Assembly: GCA_963767735.1 (NCBI GenBank)
Contig: CAVYES010000010.1
Span: forward strand, 1 to 64,000
Length of the DNA: 64,000 nt
Origin: Candidatus Bathyarchaeota archaeon
GTDB taxonomy: Archaea > Thermoproteota > Bathyarchaeia > Bathyarchaeales > Bathycorpusculaceae
Reading direction: 5' to 3'
Shown one piece after another: positions 10,758-18,585 of the stretch. The translations under genes were made by a program, and so were the position numbers. Numbering within the stretch: the stretch's first letter is position 1; each line of letters starts with the position of its first letter. The notes under the pieces are model-generated. The model was not told where the DNA came from and searched no databases. It worked only from the letters and a program-made list of their open reading frames with translations.

Positions 10758-11762
10758 CTGGCTATCTCTCCTGCAGGCTCTTCAGTCGGTATCAATTCAA
10801 CTGGAATTCCAAGGGCTTCTATGTCGGCTTTAAGCTGCTGGGTATCTTTGAGCAGTTCTCTGCAGGATGCCATCCGTACTTTTTTGACTCTGGCCTTGCG
10901 GGATTTGAGTGCCTCAAGCAACTTGGTGAACTTTAGTGGAGAACTAATTAAGCCGCTGGCTCTACCTTTAAGCGCCTCGTCCTCTTCAACCAAAACCGGT
11001 AGGTCATTGTAGATAGAGCCGTCGTAGGTTACCTCCAAGAGGAATATGCTTCTCTGCGGAAACTTGGATCGAGTGATTAAAGCGTTGGTTCCCTCCCAAA
11101 GGCTCAAGAAAAGTTTGCTCTCTGCCTTCCTGAAACTCTCCACGACGTCGGCGTCTTCTAAGTATTGCCCGAGGTTAGCGGGGTTCACGGCGCCCTGAAT
11201 CTTAATCAAAGCATAATCTACGGAGTAGAATTTTCCAAAAGTGCTAAACTGTTCCTGCTTTTCTTCGCCTTGCGAGTCGCCCTTTTTCTCTTTTCCCACA
11301 AACCTGCCGCTAATCATCGGGTTTAAAATTTGCACTTGGTTAACGCTTCTGCCTATAGCGAACTGCACTGGGCCAGTTAACTTTTGGGAGCTTCCTCTCT
11401 CAGCACGAATTGTGACTAGCCCCCCAAACAATGGAACATCAAAAGTCTTAACTGCTAACCCCTTTATAGCATCATCAAGGCTGTCCCCAAGAATTTCTTT
11501 GGCTCTTTCATCTGCCTTAACCGGTGTACCTCCTTTTCCGAAATCCACAAACAAAATATCGCCGTATTTTGCTTTTAGCGTAGTCGCGGATTGTACGCTT
11601 AATTCGAACATCAGTGACCATTATCCTTCCATCAGGCATCAGACGTGGCTGATTCTCAAAACCGGGGTCTCCATTGGGGTTTTGTCTAGATTCATAGTAG
11701 AAAAGTAGTTCTTTTTTTAGGTTTTTTAAATTTGTTTGTTGATTTGCAGTCATGTTTGTCAC
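10754..11762 (-). CDS. cas7: Cas7 (Csh2-like, type I-B), split by a 1-nt frameshift near 11575
   Basis: NPNGDP...NQPR...VTDVRIKRTIRDY; FDVPLFG and LTGPVQF. Removing one A from an A4 run joins the two ORFs. Confidence 0.92.
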
Positions 11763-11763
11763 C

Positions 11764-12072
11764 TTAAGTTAGATTTTCGAAGACGCCCTTGTAGAAGAAG
11801 TAAGAGTAGTCTTCTTGGGCTTTGGCATCCTCAATTTCCTCTACGGGCATGTCATTTTTTATGGATTGGCTTAAGTCGTCGATGTTGACTTTAGAGAGTG
11901 AGACGCCAATGCCTACCCGCTGATAAACAAACCGGAGACGTTCCCGGTCATACTTGGAATAAGTCAAAATGTCATTGGTTGAATTGTTGGCCTCTTTCTT
12001 TTCACGTTTAAATTTTACATATTTTCCGGCAATAACGCCGATTTTGTATGCATACTCTTCGTTTTTATTCAT
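11764..12072 (-). CDS. Cas11-like small subunit, separately encoded
   Basis: 102-aa helical-looking protein between cas8 and cas7. AYKIGVIAG and FFYKG resemble the Cas8b C-terminal (Cas11) helix motifs. Confidence 0.6.
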   Translation of the reverse strand: MNKNEEYAYKIGVIAGKYVKFKREKKEANNSTNDILTYSKYDRERLRFVYQRVGIGVSLSKVNIDDLSQSIKNDMPVEEIEDAKAQEDYSYFFYKGVFENLT

Positions 12073-13480
12073 AGTCTAATCCACTCTCATTTTTAGTTAA
12101 TAGATTCAAGCAAAACTGGGATTTACCAAAAAAGTTAGCGGTTTCTTTTTTGATCAGTTTGTTACCTTTTAACCATTCTCGGAGATTTTCCCGAAGGATA
12201 AGGATAAACCGCTGAATCAAAAAGGTGCGGTCAACAAAGGTTCCGTTCACGAAGTGCCTTATTGCGGTTATATAGTCAGTCCATATAACGTCATTTTTTC
12301 TTTTTACTATAAGCGACTCTATTGCCATTGGATGACGGGCAAAGTTATCTTGAGCTCTGCTAAGCATCTGCTTCAGTTGTTCTAAAGTCAAATTCTCATC
12401 AAGCAATACTTCAAGCTTAGCCTGCGCCTTTTTAGCGCATATAATCTTAATCGCTGATTCTTTAATAGCCGATTTTCCAGCCTCCATTGATAAGAATTGA
12501 TAGTTGCTGAGAAGTTGGTCATAGATACCTGAGCGCTTTTCATCAAAGTGTAACAATGGATTGTTTACGTCAAAAAAGTACCAATCTAAACCTGCTATTG
12601 TAAATCCATCGCTGGGCAAATTAATTTTAGGAAAAGATTGATCTCCTATACCTAGATTCTGGTAGAATTCTCGGCCTCTTCTGCAGTTAATAGTAAAAGC
12701 TTCGTCGTCAAAAGAAACAAACTTTGCATTTATGGTCGCTTTTGACGGATAACCTGTTGCAGGGTTCCCAAAACAATCCTCAAACTCTTCGCCTGAGCAA
12801 TCAGTATCTTCATCGCAACGGTACTCAACCTTTCCCTCAGACATAAGCAAAAAAGGCAATACAACAATGCGAAATGAAAAACTGCTGAACTCTTTTAGCT
12901 CTTCATATACTATTTTCTCTTGCCATAACAAAGAGAAGGCTTTGCAAACTTCAAGAAACACCTTCGATGGCAACGCGCCCTCGGCGTTAATGACTCCGGC
13001 TTCTTTGTAGACATCAAAAAGCAGCTTATCGCCAACAAAGTAGCTTTTCGTATCGAGCCTTAAAACCAAGAAGTCAGCCGGAACCGTGGCAAGTTCCTTG
13101 TCGTTTTCAAAATCATGCAAGTACTCGTAAACTTCTTTCTGTTTTTCTCCTGTGTTCTTTTCTCCCTGTACAGAGATTTTCAATTTGCCCTTCTTGTAGC
13201 TGCCGTAAAACTCTACATATGGCTTCTTAGCGGCAGCTCCAGTTCCCCTATACGGCAGACCGACTGATTCAAGATTATTTGAGGGCATTGAAAGCGACTG
13301 TTGAAAATAAAAATTCTTATCATTTTTGCTTAAACCTTCTCCGTAATGCTCTAAGGTTTTTGAATCAAGTTGGAGAGTAACGTTATCATCAACACTAAAA
13401 AATACTTTCTTAATCGGAACTCTTTTCACAGGCTCTGCTGTGCTTTCTTTATTCTTTAAGTAAAGCTCATAAGCAAGCAT
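12065..13480 (-). CDS. Putative divergent Cas8 large subunit
   Basis: First gene of the cas operon, 471 aa. Called from position only; no diagnostic motif recognised. Confidence 0.6.
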   Translation of the reverse strand: MLAYELYLKNKESTAEPVKRVPIKKVFFSVDDNVTLQLDSKTLEHYGEGLSKNDKNFYFQQSLSMPSNNLESVGLPYRGTGAAAKKPYVEFYGSYKKGKLKISVQGEKNTGEKQKEVYEYLHDFENDKELATVPADFLVLRLDTKSYFVGDKLLFDVYKEAGVINAEGALPSKVFLEVCKAFSLLWQEKIVYEELKEFSSFSFRIVVLPFLLMSEGKVEYRCDEDTDCSGEEFEDCFGNPATGYPSKATINAKFVSFDDEAFTINCRRGREFYQNLGIGDQSFPKINLPSDGFTIAGLDWYFFDVNNPLLHFDEKRSGIYDQLLSNYQFLSMEAGKSAIKESAIKIICAKKAQAKLEVLLDENLTLEQLKQMLSRAQDNFARHPMAIESLIVKRKNDVIWTDYITAIRHFVNGTFVDRTFLIQRFILILRENLREWLKGNKLIKKETANFFGKSQFCLNLLTKNESGLDYE

Positions 13481-13584
13481 ACGCCATCTCTCTTCAACGG
13501 GTATTCAGTTTCATCTATCTTTTGTATAAGTATTTAATACTTTTTAGAGCCAAGCACACCATGTTATCACACAGAAGGTGGCTT

Positions 13585-14134
13585 GCAGAGGAAGTTTTTG
13601 AAAGAGTTAAGAAGATGACTCAAAAAATGTCACCTTCGAAACCCTCAAGCTACTGCTCAACGAATAGATTAGGTTTAGGCAAAAGAAGAATCTGATTCAA
13701 GCCCGCTCGTTTGAGGCGCTTTTGGATAAGGCGATTAAGGCTTATACTAACAAGAGTGTTGAGACGGCTCAGGTTATAGAGGAGCTAATAGAGCTTGCAA
13801 AGAAAATGCGAGAAGAACAGAAAAGAAACACCGAGCTGAACCTTAGCGAGGAAGAAATCGCATTTTACGATGCCTTAGCCGACAATGAAAGCGCTAAGCA
13901 GGTTCTCGGCGATAAAACGCTGCAGGTAATGGCAAAAGAACTTGTAGACATGGTTAGAAAAAAAGTTACAATCGACTGGACGCTCCGAGATAGCGTACAA
14001 GCAAAACTAAGAGTTATGGTCAAACATATACTCAAGAAATACGGTTACCCACCAGACAAACAAAAAAAGCCACCATAACTGTGCTGGACCAAGCTAAGCT
14101 ACTATCCAAAGACTGCGGGGAACCGAAAAACTGA
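13585..14134 (+). pseudogene. hsdR: Type I restriction endonuclease subunit R C-terminal remnant (DUF3387-like)
   Basis: [16 protein letters not shown]...[32 protein letters not shown]. In-frame TAG at 13665, frameshifts, and no helicase portion upstream. Confidence 0.85.
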
Positions 14135-14224
14135 TGGCTCCGTTGAAAAGTGCTTTTTCATGATGACTTTCGGCTAATCTTTCTTTTGTCATCAGGAGCT
14201 TGCTTGTGCCAATATTTTACCTTT

Positions 14225-14878
14225 TTATTTCCACTCTTTGCCGACGTTTTCTAATTTTCTTAATGCTTCAATAGCTTCTTCCCAATTCTGAAGATACGCT
14301 AAGTCTATAACGAGAGTAACTGTTTCTTGTAAATGTCCCTTGACATCTTGATGTATCATCTGATAATATCTTCCTATTCGAACAAGGGCTTCCTCACCTG
14401 AAATTAAAACCTCTAAAAATTTCTTTCGCCCGCAAGAAATCATCATGGCTTTTAAGTCTCTTTCAATTTCTTCTTTCATCTTTTCATGCTCAGATTTTTG
14501 ATCAGACATCATACTTAATTTATCAACCCCAGATTTTTGAGTAGGAATGTTTAGAACTTGAACCTGCATTTCTGGAAGAGTATAGCCTTTTAAAATGTAT
14601 TTTTCTATAATCCGTCTGACGAAATGTCTTGCGTGATTAAGACTTTTCCAATATGCCTTATCTACTGCAACCTCTGTAAGTCTATACCGAAGGTCCTCAT
14701 AGGAATTAGAACTTCTCAATAGCCATGAAGGTAACGACTTTTCTGCAAAGTTTCCGTACCAGTGTTGAAGCTGAATTCTTTCGGGTGAATTTAGATGTCG
14801 ATATGCGCCGGTTGCTGTATCTGTTAGAAAGTCATATTGGAGGACAATTAGTTCATTGCCATATTCGAGAACTTTCAT
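14225..14878 (-). CDS. Hypothetical protein (217 aa)
   Basis: Long ORF with a GGGAG RBS-like element upstream; no family recognised. Confidence 0.65.
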   Translation of the reverse strand: MKVLEYGNELIVLQYDFLTDTATGAYRHLNSPERIQLQHWYGNFAEKSLPSWLLRSSNSYEDLRYRLTEVAVDKAYWKSLNHARHFVRRIIEKYILKGYTLPEMQVQVLNIPTQKSGVDKLSMMSDQKSEHEKMKEEIERDLKAMMISCGRKKFLEVLISGEEALVRIGRYYQMIHQDVKGHLQETVTLVIDLAYLQNWEEAIEALRKLENVGKEWK

Positions 14879-14953
14879 GCTTGCACTCCCCTTAAATTTC
14901 GTTAATACATTTAGAAGAATTAACGTCTTCTTAAGAACTTAACAAATTCCTGT

Positions 14954-15447
14954 TTAGTTTTTGGACTTATTAGCAGTTTGGAGATATTGCATGGAAACGG
15001 TTAATCGGTTTCTGCTTAGGCTACTTCTTATTCCATCGTTTATTTTTGTGCTACCTTTTCCTTTGCTTGCGTGGCCAAACCTAGTAACCTTCCACTTTGG
15101 GGTTATCCCCTGGGTAATCCCCCGGATAATCTGGGGGTTACTGGTCAGAATATAGAAGGGCATCTTCGTCTGTGAAGTGTAGAGTTCAGCTATGAAGTTT
15201 AAGAGGCGTCTGCCGATGCCTAAGCCCTGGTAATCTGGTAGGACAACTAATCGGCTAACCCTAAAGTAATTTGACTTCATTTTGGTATGCACAACAGCGA
15301 TAAATGCTATAGGCTTATTCTGATATACTGCGTTATAGCAACGAACGCCTGCTCCCAGCGCTCCGTTTAGATAATGATACTGCCGAAACATCTGCCATAT
15401 GGAAGCGCCGCACCGATAAACCGAGAGTTCAACGGGCGGCCTTGTTC
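14954..15447 (-). CDS. GNAT-family acetyltransferase (partner or C-terminal half of the ABC ATPase)
   Basis: HYL...SRLVVLPDYQGLGIG acetyl-CoA binding motif. The frame stays open upstream to the A7 run (RTRPPVELSVYRCGASIWQMF). Confidence 0.85.
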
Positions 15448-16050
15448 TTTTTTTCGGTCAAACTCCATCGTGTCAGTGCAAAAAACCCAATCGGGATCGA
15501 GCCACTCCAAGACATCATAGTGGCAAGTAACAGCAATGAACTTCTTTTTTGACCTGCGAACCGCCTTGCTAATGGCATAAGCACTAACTTTAGCGATCTC
15601 TCGATCGACAACACTTGTAAACTCGTCGAAAACTATCAAAGGCTGATCCAAGCAAAGTGCACGGGCAATATCCACTCGCATCTTTTCCCCTTGACTTAAG
15701 CAGTCATAACTTTTTAGCCAGTCCGGTGGTGAGGCGAAACCAACGCTGCCAAGCATTCGGGTGATCTCTGAGGTTTCAAGCTCTTCTGGAAAGTCATCCA
15801 AGACACACTTGCTTTTGTACTGGAAACCTCTGATATAGGCCTCTGGGAAAAGCTGTTTGGCAATGCTTGTTTTGCCGGAGCCACTGCGGCCAACGATAAC
15901 GCCAACCTGCCAATCACCATCCTCAATAGGCAAAGAGCCCTTGAAACGCTTCTCCAACTTAACATCCGAGAGCGTATAACTACCAACGACGCTTTGAGCC
16001 CTAAAGCTGTCGGCTTCTTCCCAATGTTTTACAATGTCAAAATCCGTAGC
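15367..16050 (-). CDS. Soluble ABC-type ATPase (virus-type, GNAT-associated)
   Basis: GRSGSGKT Walker A, LSQGE signature, IVFDEF Walker B and TCH H-loop. The frame is open from 16050; the first canonical start is TTG at 15957. Confidence 0.88.
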   Translation of the reverse strand, partial: ATDFDIVKHWEEADSFRAQSVVGSYTLSDVKLEKRFKGSLPIEDGDWQVGVIVGRSGSGKTSIAKQLFPEAYIRGFQYKSKCVLDDFPEELETSEITRMLGSVGFASPPDWLKSYDCLSQGEKMRVDIARALCLDQPLIVFDEFTSVVDREIAKVSAYAISKAVRRSKKKFIAVTCHYDVLEWLDPDWVFCTDTMEFDRKKEQGRPLNSRFIGAALPYGRCFGSIII

Positions 16051-16592
16051 TTATACCCCTCCTCTTTCAACTTATCAAAGATTTGTTTTTGATGGACTTC
16101 ATCTTTGCACTCAACGATTATCTCGTAAGTTTCAGGTATGGTTAGCGGAGACTCTTTGTCATCTAATTCCTGTGGCAGCTTCTCACCTATCGATTCAAGA
16201 AGCGCCTGCAGATCCTCTTTCTCGCCTGCTTGCAGTATGCGTACGTATTCTTCATTGTCAAGTTCTGTATTGTGTTTGCCCTTCAGCTTGTTTAAAATCT
16301 GCCGAAGCATACGCCTATCAATGTCGCTAACTGGTAAACGAAGAACTGGAGCAAAAAATTCACCATGCCTGATGCAAATACTCTGACGCTGTTCTCCATC
16401 AACTAGAACGCCGTCTTTATTGGTCAATATTGGGTAGGTCCAACCATACTTTTGTAGGCTCCGCCAGATCTGCTCTTGCTGTTTAATTGTGGTCCGGTTG
16501 GGATTGTTGTGGTCTGCAGTTAAAAGGCGAATGTCTTCCAAAATTGGAATGTAGGCATCAGGAACTTTGAGCGTAGTAGTTTTATTTTCCAT
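16029..16592 (-). CDS. ParB/Srx N-terminal domain protein (virus-type)
   Basis: NPN...SLQKYGWTYPILTNKDGVLVDGEQR motif with an acidic linker. Confidence 0.85.
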   Translation of the reverse strand: MENKTTTLKVPDAYIPILEDIRLLTADHNNPNRTTIKQQEQIWRSLQKYGWTYPILTNKDGVLVDGEQRQSICIRHGEFFAPVLRLPVSDIDRRMLRQILNKLKGKHNTELDNEEYVRILQAGEKEDLQALLESIGEKLPQELDDKESPLTIPETYEIIVECKDEVHQKQIFDKLKEEGYKLRILTL

Positions 16593-17031
16593 TTAATATG
16601 CCTCCATGTTTTGCTATTTCCTCGTATAACACTTCATTCTTAGCCAATTCGTTCTCTACCTCGACAGCTCTTTTCTGTGCATCCTGTTTTTCTTTCAACG
16701 TTTCTAAACCCAGTACTGATACCATGCGATCTGTGATGTCTACCATTTTGGAAAGGTAAATGGGTTTTTGGGCTTCGTTTGCGGTTTGAAAATGAAGGCT
16801 TGCTTGCCGATATAGGAAGTCATAACGATTAATCAAGATAAGTCGAGCTTTGTCTAAATCGAATAGTTGAGTTAAGACCGGTTGCCATGTATCGCGGGTT
16901 TCTGCATCATAGTAGATATTTCTCTCTGACGTTTGGAATTTTTCGCTCAGCAGCTTCACGATTTCGCAGAGGGAAAAGCCTTTTGCTTCGAGCTTTAGAA
17001 ATTCCAGGCGTCTTTCAACGACTTCACTCAA
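16582..17031 (-). CDS. HTH protein, possibly terminase small subunit-like
   Basis: RRLEFLKLEAKGFSLCEIV...SERNIYYD helix-turn-helix pattern; coupled to the ParB-like gene. Confidence 0.55.
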   Translation of the reverse strand: MSEVVERRLEFLKLEAKGFSLCEIVKLLSEKFQTSERNIYYDAETRDTWQPVLTQLFDLDKARLILINRYDFLYRQASLHFQTANEAQKPIYLSKMVDITDRMVSVLGLETLKEKQDAQKRAVEVENELAKNEVLYEEIAKHGGILNGK

Positions 17032-17070
17032 GCAAAATCCTCCAAAATTGAAACCCGGATTTCAAAATCG

Positions 17071-17751
17071 CTATAGTTTGTGGTTCGCCTCAGCATATCG
17101 CCCTCCAGCTTTACTTCTCGGCGATGCTGCTCTGTCAAGAAATAGTACGGTTCCTCTAATGTGGGCAGTATGATATTTTCTGCAAATTTTAAAGTAGGCT
17201 TCCACTATCTCGAAAATATCGCTGTCGGGAAAACACTCTTGAAAAGCTTTGATGTCTGGGGCACGATTCCAGTTATAGGTTAAGTGCCAGTAGAGGCGCA
17301 GACAGATTTTCTCGTATTCGGTAGCTTGCTTTTGCAAGACATCCACTTTATCATAAATCACTTTCATTTGCAAAAGTGCCTGAACGAAAGTCCTTCTTTT
17401 AGGGTCTTCTCGTGCTTTAGCTATGTTAATTTGGTAAGGTTCTTCGGGTTCTTCATCCCATTCTTGCCCAAGCATTTTTGCTTCTCCCTGCGACTGAGGG
17501 TACTTCTCAAGCAGGTATTTTCGGGTTTTAGCGTATGTTACCATGATTTCCCATTCGGCACCAGACATTAACGAAAGGTCGTTGCCATCTTCGTCTAAGA
17601 CTTCAGGCCACAACTGCTTTAGAGTAAAATTGTCGGGATCTATGCCTTCTTTCTTAAGTTTCCCAAGAATTTGTGGAGAAAGGGAGGCACTTAATGGCTT
17701 TGGCTCATTTTGGCTGTGCTCACGAACCTTATCTTTGAAGTCTTCAAACAT
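17071..17751 (-). CDS. Hypothetical protein (226 aa)
   Basis: Long ORF with a GGAGG RBS upstream and a TAATG overlap with the upstream microprotein. Confidence 0.7.
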   Translation of the reverse strand: MFEDFKDKVREHSQNEPKPLSASLSPQILGKLKKEGIDPDNFTLKQLWPEVLDEDGNDLSLMSGAEWEIMVTYAKTRKYLLEKYPQSQGEAKMLGQEWDEEPEEPYQINIAKAREDPKRRTFVQALLQMKVIYDKVDVLQKQATEYEKICLRLYWHLTYNWNRAPDIKAFQECFPDSDIFEIVEAYFKICRKYHTAHIRGTVLFLDRAASPRSKAGGRYAEANHKL

Positions 17752-17894
17752 TATGTTTGCTTGCCTCCAAATCTCTCGTTCTGTTCGGTTTTAGCTTCCT
17801 TGGAAAGCGTCGCTTCCGCTCTTTGCTTACGCTTCACCAGTCGCCAATACTCACGAAGCTCAGGCGAGTGCTTGAATGCTTTCACAGTGTCCAT
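17751..17894 (-). CDS. 47-aa basic microprotein MDTVKAFKHSPELREYWRLVKRKQRAE...
   Basis: Translated by hand. Its stop overlaps the next ATG (TAATG), and a TATA-like TTTTTTATA lies upstream. Confidence 0.6.
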   Translation of the reverse strand: MDTVKAFKHSPELREYWRLVKRKQRAEATLSKEAKTEQNERFGGKQT

Positions 17895-18129
17895 GACAGA
17901 AGGTTTTGCAAGTAGCTTATGAAGAGCATATAAAAAATCTTAAAAATAGCGAGTTCCATCCAAAAAAAGCAACCGCTAAAGCCAACGAGAAACCAAAACA
18001 ACAAGCCCTCCTTTTATCGAGGGTACATCAAAAACTTACCGTTTTTTGGCTTTTCCATGGCCATTATTAAGCGCACTGAGAATTCGATCATCTTGATTAA
18101 TGATTCTCAGCGCAATATCCATCGGATCT

Positions 18130-18573
18130 TTACAGTTCGCCATTTTTGAGCCAATCCTCTATTTCGACAATTGTATATTTGCGAATGTCTTTTATAAATC
18201 TAATTATCTTCTGCTCATCTTTCTCTTTGAAGTCAGCATCATTCTTTTCAAGAAAGGTTTTGGTGACGATATAGGCAGTTCTATGATGACCATCTTGGAA
18301 AATTCTGCTTGTCGCAATATCCTTTAGGAGTATTGCGGCTTTTCTGTATATACCCTCAGCGCTCTTTGCTTCCTCGATAAAGTGATGATAGGGTTCAAGC
18401 CCCGATTCAAAACCTTTGAATCCTCCGTACCTGTCAATCATGATTTCATTGATTTGCATTAAGAACCAATCAGACGGGTACCAAACCTCATTTGGATCCG
18501 CTTCGCACTCAGGTAAAACTAAAGGTTGCTTGATTTCATCCTCATTGCGCCTTTGTTTAGTGATTTTTGGCAA
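18130..18573 (-). CDS. Fic/Doc-family protein with non-canonical motif
   Basis: IYRKAAILL...RIFQDGHHRTA resembles the Doc motif HPFxDGNKRTA. Confidence 0.8.
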   Translation of the reverse strand: MPKITKQRRNEDEIKQPLVLPECEADPNEVWYPSDWFLMQINEIMIDRYGGFKGFESGLEPYHHFIEEAKSAEGIYRKAAILLKDIATSRIFQDGHHRTAYIVTKTFLEKNDADFKEKDEQKIIRFIKDIRKYTIVEIEDWLKNGEL

Positions 18574-18585
18574 ATTTTCGGTCTC

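Noticed and set aside
10311-11762. Programmed frameshifting or phase variation in cas5 and cas7
   Set aside because: No canonical slippery heptamers, and the same kind of indel occurs in housekeeping genes. Sequencing error is simpler.
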